Shown piece after piece: positions 30,497 to 39,181 of a stretch of 64,000 bases of DNA; position 1 is the first letter of the stretch; every line of letters starts with the position of its first letter. The notes under the pieces are model-generated. The model made no database searches. It was not told the origin of the DNA and saw only the letters and a program-made list of their open reading frames with translations. Origin of the DNA: an uncultured Porphyromonadaceae bacterium (GTDB lineage Bacteria > Bacteroidota > Bacteroidia > Bacteroidales > Muribaculaceae); assembly GCA_946410185.1 (NCBI GenBank), contig CAMJZI010000002.1, positions 3,921 through 67,920 on the forward strand, written 5' to 3'. A program made the position numbers and the translations under genes.

Positions 30497-31582
30497 TTGA
30501 CACTCAAGTATCTCATACAGAAAGAATTCCTGCAGATTCGCCGCAATGCGTTCCTGCCACGACTCATTGTTGCCTTTCCCATCGTCATCATGTGTGTCAT
30601 GCCTTGGGTGATGAACATGGAGGTGAAGAATGTCAAGGTGACTGTGGTTGACAACGACCGCTCGACCTTGTCACAGCAATTGGTGCACAGCATCGAGGCC
30701 AGCAGCTATTTTATCTTTCAGGGCCAGCAGCCCACTTATCAGTTGGCCCTTGACGAGGTTGAGAAGAGCCGGACCGACGTGGTGGCAGTCATTCCGCAAG
30801 ATTATAGCCGCGACTTGGCATTGGGCCGCCAACCCCAGGTGCTCATTGCAGCCAATGCCGTGAATGGTACAAAGGGCGGAATGGGCAGTACCTACCTGAC
30901 CCAGATTGTCACAGCCCATGTCAATCCCGAAGTCATGGCGATGCAGTCGAGGGTATCAACGCTGTTCTTGTACAACAAGCACTTGAATTTCAAGTTATTC
31001 ATGATTCCGGCGCTGTTTGCCATTGTGATGATGTTGATGACGGGTTTCTTGCCTGCCCTCAACATCGTGGGCGAGAAGGAGGCGGGAACCATCGAGCAAA
31101 TCAACGTTACGCCGGTGAGCAAGTGGTCATTCATCCTTGCCAAACTCATTCCTTACTGGATCATTGCGCTGTTTGTCATTACGGTGTGCCTGTTGCTGGC
31201 ATGGGCGGTCTATGGCATCACCAGCGCTGGCCCCTTGTGGGTCGTTTACCTGCTGTCGCTGTCGCTGGCCCTGTTCTGGAGCTCGTTCGGACTCATCATC
31301 AGCAACTACAGCGACACGATGCAGCAGGCCATCTTTGTGATGTGGTTCTTTGTGGTGATGATGTTGTTGCTGAGCGGTCTGTTCACCCCGTCGCGCTCGA
31401 TGCCCTCGTGGGCCTATGCCACGACCTATGTCAACCCCATGAGTTACTTCATCGATGCGGTGCGCACCGTCTTCATCCGCGGTGGTGGTTTGGCCAGCAT
31501 TTGGCACCAGGTGCTCGCCTTGTGCGTCATCGACTTGGTCATGGCATGCTGGGCCATCTTGAGCTACAAGAAAAATAGTTGA
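30497..31582 (+). CDS. ABC-2 type permease (YbhR-like), TTG start
   Basis: KEFLQIRRN, NIVGEKEAGTIEQINVTP, LSGLFTP. Confidence 0.9.
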   Translation: MTLKYLIQKEFLQIRRNAFLPRLIVAFPIVIMCVMPWVMNMEVKNVKVTVVDNDRSTLSQQLVHSIEASSYFIFQGQQPTYQLALDEVEKSRTDVVAVIPQDYSRDLALGRQPQVLIAANAVNGTKGGMGSTYLTQIVTAHVNPEVMAMQSRVSTLFLYNKHLNFKLFMIPALFAIVMMLMTGFLPALNIVGEKEAGTIEQINVTPVSKWSFILAKLIPYWIIALFVITVCLLLAWAVYGITSAGPLWVVYLLSLSLALFWSSFGLIISNYSDTMQQAIFVMWFFVVMMLLLSGLFTPSRSMPSWAYATTYVNPMSYFIDAVRTVFIRGGGLASIWHQVLALCVIDLVMACWAILSYKKNS

Positions 31583-31680
31583 AAACCGATTCAAAATCAC
31601 GGCATATATAAAACGAAACCGAAAAAAACTGTATCTTTGCCCCGCGAATAGAAAAGATTTATTCATCTAAACATAGTTAT

Positions 31681-33642
31681 ATGTGTTTCATCATGGGCAA
31701 GGAAATCAGTAAAAAGGGCCACTTTGCCGCCCTTACCCCTCGTTATGCAAGATTGTTGATCATGATGCTGGCTGTGGCCATGCCGCTGTTGTCACGCGCT
31801 GTGACAACCTATGTGACGCTTAACGACGGCTGTGTTCATGTCTTTCCCGACTCTTGTGTCAACAGTATGGATAATGATGGCACCACCCTCGTGTTCACGG
31901 CAATCGACGGACAGCAGTTTTCCTATCCTGTCGAGGAGGTGGGCTCCATCAGCAACACGTTGCAAAAGTTGTTGCCCTCGATCATGACCTATAGCTTCAA
32001 CAACGAGTACAATTACCAGGTCATTGGCGACGCGATTGGTGACATCAAGGGTAACCATATCAATGCAACTGTGATTGGCATCGGCAAGTGGTTGACGGCC
32101 AAGTTCACCTTGTCCGATGAGGAGGCCATGGCATGGGTCAATGGTGTGGAGCAACATAGCACGGTGAGTCGCATGAAATTTGCAACGAGCCGCGACTACG
32201 TCGTGGGTTTTCCTGGCGACCTTGTCTTGTCGGCGACAGCCGACGGCCATTACAAGATGCTGCCCTTTGGCCGTAAGTACATCGTGACTGTCGATTTCCT
32301 CACCGACCACTGTTCAATCGTGCCTCGCATCGACATCAATACCAAGGGTGGTGCCAATATCATCAGCAAGATCAATTACCTTGATGCCCAAATCATTATT
32401 GATGGTGCTGGTGTGTATCCATCGATGACCGACTCGGTTAAGGTGCGTGGTCGTGGCAACACGTCATGGTCGGCAAACCCCGCCGCAAAGAATCCTTATC
32501 GTCTCAAGTTCGCCAGCAAGGTGAAGCCTCTGGGCCTTTCCAAGGGCAAGAACTGGGTGCTACTGGCCAATAAGATTTACGGCTCGATGCTGACCAATGC
32601 CTATGGCATGAAGGCTGCCAGCCTGATAGGTACTGCTGCTGTCAATCACATTATTCCCGTTGACCTGTATGTCAACGGCACCTACAAGGGCAACTACAAT
32701 TTTACCGAGAAGGTGGGATTGGCTGGCAACAGCGTTGATCTGGACGACGAGGGCGCTGCCACTTTGCTTGAACTTGACCGCTACTATGACGAACCGGCAG
32801 GACAGAAGTTCAGGTCTGATCCACGTGACATTCCCGTCAATATCAAGGAGCCTGAATTTGGAGAGGATTTCACCGTTCTCACGCTCGAGGACATCGAGAG
32901 CCGTTTCAACGATTTTGTCAGTGCCGTGATGAATGGCGAGGACCTCGAACGCCATGTCGACATCGACATGCTGGCCCGCTATCTGCTGGCCAATGAGTTG
33001 ATTTGCAACAAGGAGATTTTCCACCCCAAGAGTGTTTACTGCTACCATGAGAACATCTTGGACGATGACAGCAAATTTGTCTTCGGACCCATGTGGGACC
33101 TGGACTGGGCCTGTGGCTACTTGATGAATTATCCCAACAGTTACTTCATGCAGCTGACGACCTACGACTTCTTCAACAGCGACTATAACGGTAACCAGTA
33201 TGACTTCTTCAGGGCCATGAGCATGGACAAGAAGGTCTCGAAGCGCATGTATGAGATCTGGACCGAATTCATGGGCGACGGCCTCGAGGAGTTGTGCGAT
33301 TATTGCCAGGACTATTTCGATTATGCCGAGCAGTCGTTGATTAATAGCAAGGCGGCATATCCCGACATGATCGACTATGCCGAACAGGCAAGTCACGCTC
33401 CATCGTGGTTCCGCGCTCGTGCCAATCTGATTTATGACCGTCTGAAAAAGGACAACTCGACTCCCGGAGACGTGGACGATGACGGTGACGTGACCATCGC
33501 CGATGTCTCGGCACTCATCGACTACCTGCTCAACAACCAGGATTCAACACTCAACCTGATTAATGCCGATTTGGATGACGATGGTTCAGTGTCAATTGGT
33601 GATGTGTCGGCGTTGATCGATATGTTGCTCACAGGGGAATGA
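31681..33642 (+). CDS. Secreted CotH-family kinase with C-terminal dockerin type I domain
   Basis: RGRGNTSW, KNPYRLKF, WVLLAN, GNYNFTEKV, FGPMWDLDW; C-terminal GDVDDDGDVTIAD...ADLDDDGSVSIGD. Promoter TATCTTTG at 31632-31639. Confidence 0.88.
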   Translation: MCFIMGKEISKKGHFAALTPRYARLLIMMLAVAMPLLSRAVTTYVTLNDGCVHVFPDSCVNSMDNDGTTLVFTAIDGQQFSYPVEEVGSISNTLQKLLPSIMTYSFNNEYNYQVIGDAIGDIKGNHINATVIGIGKWLTAKFTLSDEEAMAWVNGVEQHSTVSRMKFATSRDYVVGFPGDLVLSATADGHYKMLPFGRKYIVTVDFLTDHCSIVPRIDINTKGGANIISKINYLDAQIIIDGAGVYPSMTDSVKVRGRGNTSWSANPAAKNPYRLKFASKVKPLGLSKGKNWVLLANKIYGSMLTNAYGMKAASLIGTAAVNHIIPVDLYVNGTYKGNYNFTEKVGLAGNSVDLDDEGAATLLELDRYYDEPAGQKFRSDPRDIPVNIKEPEFGEDFTVLTLEDIESRFNDFVSAVMNGEDLERHVDIDMLARYLLANELICNKEIFHPKSVYCYHENILDDDSKFVFGPMWDLDWACGYLMNYPNSYFMQLTTYDFFNSDYNGNQYDFFRAMSMDKKVSKRMYEIWTEFMGDGLEELCDYCQDYFDYAEQSLINSKAAYPDMIDYAEQASHAPSWFRARANLIYDRLKKDNSTPGDVDDDGDVTIADVSALIDYLLNNQDSTLNLINADLDDDGSVSIGDVSALIDMLLTGE

Positions 33643-33751
33643 GGCTAGTGGAGAGTGGCTTTTGTCATTGTTTTTTACCAGCGCAGATCAAAGAAATAAA
33701 AGACAACTAGGGTGAGATTTCTTTAACCTTTGACTTAAAAATAGATAACTT

Positions 33752-34264
33752 ATGAGATATCACTTGCTCATGTTGGCGGCCCTGATGCTTGCAATGACAG
33801 GCATGGCCCAGAACAATCGTGTTTATATCGAGGACTTTGAGATAGAGCCGGGTTCGCTGATCACCGTGCCCGTGCTGCTGGCCAACGAAAGCCCCACTCG
33901 CGGCTTTCAGTTCAACCTGTCGTTGCCCCAGGGACTCACAATCGTTGAGTATGCAGCCAGCGATTATCTGCTCAAGTTTGACATGAACATGACTTGTGCC
34001 GACAATGCCAAGGATAACTGTTTCACGGCGTTTGTGTACCCTTCCAGCAACCGTTGCCTGCCTCCCGACACCACTGCTGTGATGACCATACAGTTCAAGG
34101 CCGACACCGATTTCTCTGGCGGTGAGATAAAGTTTTGGAAAACCCGCGGCTCGACCCTGGACAATCAGACCATCTACATGGACGATAGCATGACGACGGC
34201 CTCGGCGGCACACAGTGCGCCCATCGACACGCAGTCTGACGGGAATTTGTTCTTTAATCACTGA
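33752..34264 (+). CDS. Small exported single-domain cohesin-like protein
   Basis: Signal peptide; IEPGSLITVPVLLAN..TRGFQFNLSLPQGL and AVMTIQFKA resemble the cohesin/CBM-fold strand pattern. Confidence 0.6.
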   Translation: MRYHLLMLAALMLAMTGMAQNNRVYIEDFEIEPGSLITVPVLLANESPTRGFQFNLSLPQGLTIVEYAASDYLLKFDMNMTCADNAKDNCFTAFVYPSSNRCLPPDTTAVMTIQFKADTDFSGGEIKFWKTRGSTLDNQTIYMDDSMTTASAAHSAPIDTQSDGNLFFNH

Positions 34265-34294
34265 GCTTGGAAAGCGTCCTGACAACATGGCTTG

Positions 34295-34329
34295 GCCTCG
34301 TGACGATAACTGCCGACGGGGCTTTTTTT
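34295..34329 (+). terminator. Intrinsic terminator
   Basis: gcctcgt / acggggc stem followed by T7. Confidence 0.55.
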
Positions 34330-34401
34330 AGGACGTTTCACGGTTAAACCAATCGCCCCATGCGGGGTCTAAGAGTGTGAATATTAAAAAAGACATTAAC
34401 G

Positions 34402-35145
34402 ATGAAAAGATTCTTGACAATGGTATTGGTTGCGGTGGCGATAATGTTGCCGCAGGATGTTATGGCAAGGGCTTTCGGCAACGAGAGCCTCAACTATGAG
34501 ATTGTGTATCACTGGGGCATGATATGGAAACATGCGGGCGACGCGACATTGAGCCTGCAAAAGTCGGGAAGCGGATACAAAGCCCAGCTCACAGGCAAGA
34601 CCCGCTCATGGGCCGACAAGGTGTATCCTGTGCGCGACACGCTCAAGTGCACGATGGATGCCAACCTGAGGCCGTTGGTCTATGAGAAACTCACCCATGA
34701 GAAGGACTATTATGCTCGCGATGTGGTCAAGTTCTCTTATAACTATAGCCACACCACTGCCCATTGCACCCGCTATCGCAAGAGCGGGACCACGTCAATT
34801 GACCTGAGCGCAAAGTCACAGGCCTATGACATGCTGAGTGTGTTCTACATGCTGCGCAATCTGGACTACGACGAGTTGAGCCGCAACAAGAATTACACGA
34901 CAATCATCTTCTCGGGCAAGGAGAAGGAATACTTGACCATCAACTACAAGGGTGTCGAGACCATCAAGATGCGCGACGGCACCAAGCGCAGGGCCCACCG
35001 CATCAACTTCAAGTTCACCCAGAAGGGCGGCAAACAGTCCAGCGACGACCTCTCGGCATGGATGTCGACCGAGGCCGACCGCATCCCCCTGCTGCTGGTG
35101 GGCAAACTTCCCGTTGGCGAGGTCAAGTGCTACTATAAGAACTAG
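34402..35145 (+). CDS. DUF3108-like exported protein
   Basis: Signal peptide; ESLNYEIVYHWG, YPVRD, AYDMLS, RIPLLLVGKLPVGEVK motifs. Confidence 0.78.
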   Translation: MKRFLTMVLVAVAIMLPQDVMARAFGNESLNYEIVYHWGMIWKHAGDATLSLQKSGSGYKAQLTGKTRSWADKVYPVRDTLKCTMDANLRPLVYEKLTHEKDYYARDVVKFSYNYSHTTAHCTRYRKSGTTSIDLSAKSQAYDMLSVFYMLRNLDYDELSRNKNYTTIIFSGKEKEYLTINYKGVETIKMRDGTKRRAHRINFKFTQKGGKQSSDDLSAWMSTEADRIPLLLVGKLPVGEVKCYYKN

Positions 35146-35221
35146 GCATCTGGGAGAGTGAGGAGCAAGAAGCCGGCAGCTCCTGATCCCTCATTTGCTA
35201 TTCCTTATTCGACTGTTCCAT

Positions 35222-35384
35222 AATTCACTAATTGTGTGTCTTTTGGGAGCAGTCGTTGAGTTTGTGTCACGGTCTTGTTCTAACGAGTGCAACTCTCGTG
35301 AGTGCTCTAACAGCGGGGGAGCACAAAGACAAAGGCCAGTGAATTGGGGCGAAGCGATGTCTGAATGACATCGGTGGCAGCCCA
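35222..35384. other. Intergenic long imperfect hairpin plus a small hairpin; candidate structured ncRNA or repeat element
   Basis: Nested complementary pairs aattcact/agtgaatt, tgtcttt/aaagaca, gttgag/ctc(t)aac, tcacg/cgtga; then gggc..cgatgtc-tgaat-gacatcg..gccc. Confidence 0.4.
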
Positions 35385-35494
35385 CGTATAACTTGTTGTT
35401 TAATCTTGAACAGTTGTTTTCCATTTCAAAAAAAATATTACTTTTGCACCCGTAAAAATGATTGTTACAACAAACAATAGAGAGTGTAGTGATT

Positions 35495-36922
35495 ATGCGA
35501 AACTTTGTCTTCATAATTTTATGCACCATCGGGTTGCTGGCATCGGCCCAAGTGGTGACGCTTGACTCTTGCCGTCACATGGCGTTGCGCAACAATAAGG
35601 AGATACAGCAGGCCTCACTAGGCATAGAAAAAGCCAATTACCAACGCAAGGAGGCGGCTGCCGCCTATCTGCCGCAATTTGATCTAACGGCGGGTTATAT
35701 CTTCAATTCACGCAAGGTGTCACTTGTCAAGGAAGACCAGATGCTGCCCACCAAGTCGTTCAACCTGCAGACGGGTGCCTATGACTACAATCTGGTGATT
35801 GATCCGCGCACTGGCGCACCCTTGCAGGTCAATGGGCAGTACGTTCCATCGACCATTGCTTTGCTGCCCAAGAGCGGCTTGACTTATAACATACACAACC
35901 TGATGGGTGGAGCCTTGACGGTGACCCAGCCCATCTACATGGGCGGTAAAATCACCGCCATGAATCAGATTACCGATTTGGCTCAACAACTGGCACGTGA
36001 AATGCGCGAGAGCAAGGTCGAGGATGTCATTTACAACGTGGATGCTGCCTACTGGCAGGTGGTCTCGTTGTGTGCCAAGCAGAAACTTGCCCGCAGCTAC
36101 GTCAGCTTGATCGAGAGGCTTGACAATGACGTGAAGGTGATGGTGAACGAGGGTGTTGCCACCCGTGCCAACCAACTCGCCGTTGACGTGAAACTCAACG
36201 AGGCAAACGTGGACCTGACCAAGGTGGACAATGGCGTGACTTTGTCGCGCATGCTGTTGGCCCAGTTGTGCGGTCTGCCCGTCAACACGGTGATGATGCT
36301 TGCCGACGAGGGTCGGGACGAACTGGGTGCAACGTTGGCCCCCACTACAATCGATATGGACAAGGTTTATGGCATGCGCCATGACATCCGCTCGCTCGAA
36401 CTGGCCACTAAAATCTATGACCAGAAGGTCAAGGTGGCTCGTAGCGAGATGATGCCCAAGTTGGCTGCTGTTGCCGCTTTGCATGCTACCAATCCCAATA
36501 GTTATGACGGATTTGAGAACAAGTTCGGCGCTGCCTTCAGTGTGGGAGCGACGCTCAGGATGCCGTTGTGGCATTGGGGCGGATTGAGCAACAAAGTGAA
36601 GGCTGCCCGCGTCGAGGCCGATGTTAAGAGACTGGAACTGGACGATGCCAAGGAGAAAATCGAGTTGCAGGTCAACCAAGCCAGTTTCCGCTATCAAGAG
36701 GCGTTTAAGACCTATGAGGCCACTCGCGCCAATCTGGCTCAGGCCAACGAGAACCTTCGCATTGCTAATGTGGCCTTTAAGGAGGGTATGGGCACTCTTG
36801 ACGACGTGCTCACCGCTCAGACTGCGTGGCTCAAAGCCAACAGCGAGAAAATCGATGCCGAGATCGACGTGCAAATGTCGCGCGAGTACCTCGACAAGGT
36901 AATGGGTACGATGAGCTATTAA
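35495..36922 (+). CDS. TolC-family outer-membrane efflux protein
   Basis: TLDSCRHMALRNNK, TQPIYMGGKI, RMPLWHWG. Promoter TACTTTTG at 35439-35446. Confidence 0.9.
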   Translation: MRNFVFIILCTIGLLASAQVVTLDSCRHMALRNNKEIQQASLGIEKANYQRKEAAAAYLPQFDLTAGYIFNSRKVSLVKEDQMLPTKSFNLQTGAYDYNLVIDPRTGAPLQVNGQYVPSTIALLPKSGLTYNIHNLMGGALTVTQPIYMGGKITAMNQITDLAQQLAREMRESKVEDVIYNVDAAYWQVVSLCAKQKLARSYVSLIERLDNDVKVMVNEGVATRANQLAVDVKLNEANVDLTKVDNGVTLSRMLLAQLCGLPVNTVMMLADEGRDELGATLAPTTIDMDKVYGMRHDIRSLELATKIYDQKVKVARSEMMPKLAAVAALHATNPNSYDGFENKFGAAFSVGATLRMPLWHWGGLSNKVKAARVEADVKRLELDDAKEKIELQVNQASFRYQEAFKTYEATRANLAQANENLRIANVAFKEGMGTLDDVLTAQTAWLKANSEKIDAEIDVQMSREYLDKVMGTMSY

Positions 36923-36984
36923 ATATTAAATGAGTGCTCTGGATTCTCAACGAGTAGGGACAAGAAACTAAAAACTAAATAAAT

Positions 36985-37995
36985 ATGGAAAAAGACGAAC
37001 AGAGAACCGTGGTCCGCAAGAAGGACAAAGCGCTGCTGGCAGCGCTGGCTGTTTTTGCCCTGGTAATGGCATGTATTGCCATCGTGGGCATCTTGCTCAT
37101 CCATCCAGCCGACACGACCATCCAGGGTCAGGCCGACTGTGACGCTGTGCGCGTGAGCGGCAAGTTGCCGGGACGCATCGTGCGCTTCTATGTACACGAG
37201 GGCGACACTGTGCACAAGGGCGACAAGTTGGTAAGCATCTATTCTAGCACTGTCGATGCCAAGTATTATCAGGCCAAGCAGATGCAGGAAGCTGCCGCTT
37301 CACAGAACCAAAAGGCCGAGAAGGGAACACGCGAGGAACTCAAGCAGGGAGCCTATAACATGTGGCAACAGGCTATTGCGGCTCAGACCATTGCCGAGAA
37401 AACCTATCAGCGTGTGGAAAACCTGTATAATCAGGGTGTCGCCACACAGCAGAAGCGTGACGAGGCCAAGGCCGCCTATGATGCGGCAACGGCTCAGGTC
37501 AAGGCCGCCAAGGCCCAGTACGACATGGCGGTCAAGGGCGCTCAGCAAGAGGACAAGAACGCTTCCAGGAGTATGGCTAATGCAGCACGTGGCTCTGTCA
37601 TGGAAGTCGAGAGTCTGCTCGAAGACCAGGTGCTCGTGGCTCCGTGCGATGGAGAGGTCAGCGAGATTTATCCGCAGGAGGGCGAACTTGTGGTGATGGG
37701 CTCTCCCATCATGTCGATTGCCAAGCTCGACGACATGTGGGTAAGTTTCAGCGTGCGCGAGGAGAAACTTAACGACCTGCCCATGGGCAAGGACGTGAAC
37801 GTGCGCATTCCTGCGTTGAACAATCTGCAGACCAAGATGTCGGTCTATTACATTCATGACATGGGCAGCTATGCCGTTTGGCAGGCTTCCAAGGCTCAGG
37901 GACAGTACGACAGCAAGACCTTTGAGGTGAAGATGCGTCCCGTGAGCAAGGTTCCAAACCTGCGTCCCGGCATGTCTGTCATCCTTGAACAATAA
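36985..37995 (+). CDS. HlyD-family membrane fusion protein
   Basis: N-terminal TM, RVSGKLPGRI..VHEGD, APCDGEV, YDSKTFEVK, LRPGMSV. Confidence 0.9.
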   Translation: MEKDEQRTVVRKKDKALLAALAVFALVMACIAIVGILLIHPADTTIQGQADCDAVRVSGKLPGRIVRFYVHEGDTVHKGDKLVSIYSSTVDAKYYQAKQMQEAAASQNQKAEKGTREELKQGAYNMWQQAIAAQTIAEKTYQRVENLYNQGVATQQKRDEAKAAYDAATAQVKAAKAQYDMAVKGAQQEDKNASRSMANAARGSVMEVESLLEDQVLVAPCDGEVSEIYPQEGELVVMGSPIMSIAKLDDMWVSFSVREEKLNDLPMGKDVNVRIPALNNLQTKMSVYYIHDMGSYAVWQASKAQGQYDSKTFEVKMRPVSKVPNLRPGMSVILEQ

Positions 37996-38008
37996 AAAAC
38001 CAGGGACT

Positions 38009-39175
38009 ATGATACTGAAATACATAGGGCGTTCCTTCAAGCGCGGGTGTGTGCAACTCGTGCGCAGGCCCATGTATTTCCTGCTGATGGTCATCATGCC
38101 CATCCTGTGCAGCTGGTTCCTGCTGGATCTCATCAAGGGTGGCTCGGTGCAACTTGTGCCTGTGGGTATCGTTGACCTTGACAATAGCGACATGTCGCGG
38201 CGTGTCTCGCGCAATCTGAACGGTTTCCAGCAGGTAAACATCTGCCACCGTTTCAACAACTTCGCCGAGGCGCGCGATGCCGTGCAGCGGGGCGAGGTGC
38301 TGGGTTTCTTCTTCATTCCCGATAATCTGGAGGAGTCGGCATTGGGCGGACGTCAGCCGGTTGTGAGTTTCTATGTGAACTATGCCTATTATGCCCCCGG
38401 CTCGATGCAGTACAAGGGGTTCAAGACCGTTTCGATGCTTGTTAATGGCGGCATCGCGCAGGTGGCTTTGCGCACGGTGGGACTCTCAAACGAGAAGATA
38501 GCGGCTTCGTTAGTGCCTTATCAGAGCCATGTCCACATGATTGGTAACCCGTTCATCAATTACAACTACTATCTTAACAGCACCTTTGTGCCCTGTTTCT
38601 TGTCGTTGTTTATCCTGCTGGTGACAGCGTTCTCGTTGGGACTGGAGCTGAAGTCAGGCTTGAGTCGGCAGTGGCTCAAGACCTCGGGCAATAGCATGTT
38701 CCTGGCTCTGGTGGGCAAACTCGTGCCGCAGACGGTCTTGTTCTCGGCCGTGTGTTGGTTCGTCCAGTGGATGATGTTCCGTTGTTATGAATTTCCGTTG
38801 AACTGCAACCCGTGGAACATGCTCATCGCGATGTTCCTGCTCGTGGTGGCCAACCAGAGTTTTGCGGTGCTCATGTACTGTTTTGTTCCCAATTTCCGCT
38901 ATGGCACGATGCTGTGCACGTTGCTCGGCATGGTGTCGTTCTCGTTCTCGGGCTTCTCGCTGCCTCACGAGTCGATGTACTCGTGGGTTGCCGCTTTGGG
39001 ATATGTCATGCCCATCAAGTATTATTTCCTGATTATGGTCGATCAGGCCTTGAACGGCATCGATCTGTATTATTCGAGAGTTTATTATGCCGCGCTCATC
39101 GGATTCACTATCCTGCCCATGCTGCTGTCGTGGCGCTTGAAGAAGGAGTGCTTGAACCCCGTGTATGTGCCTTGA
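38009..39175 (+). CDS. ABC-2 type permease
   Basis: PVGIVDLDNSDMSR, NPFINYNYYL, FSGFSLP; multiple TMs. Confidence 0.88.
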   Translation: MILKYIGRSFKRGCVQLVRRPMYFLLMVIMPILCSWFLLDLIKGGSVQLVPVGIVDLDNSDMSRRVSRNLNGFQQVNICHRFNNFAEARDAVQRGEVLGFFFIPDNLEESALGGRQPVVSFYVNYAYYAPGSMQYKGFKTVSMLVNGGIAQVALRTVGLSNEKIAASLVPYQSHVHMIGNPFINYNYYLNSTFVPCFLSLFILLVTAFSLGLELKSGLSRQWLKTSGNSMFLALVGKLVPQTVLFSAVCWFVQWMMFRCYEFPLNCNPWNMLIAMFLLVVANQSFAVLMYCFVPNFRYGTMLCTLLGMVSFSFSGFSLPHESMYSWVAALGYVMPIKYYFLIMVDQALNGIDLYYSRVYYAALIGFTILPMLLSWRLKKECLNPVYVP

Positions 39176-39181
39176 TGAAAT

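Noticed and set aside
35191-35529. 112-aa minus-strand ORF across the structured intergenic region
   Set aside because: It overlaps the TolC start and promoter, has atypical composition and shows no recognisable motif.
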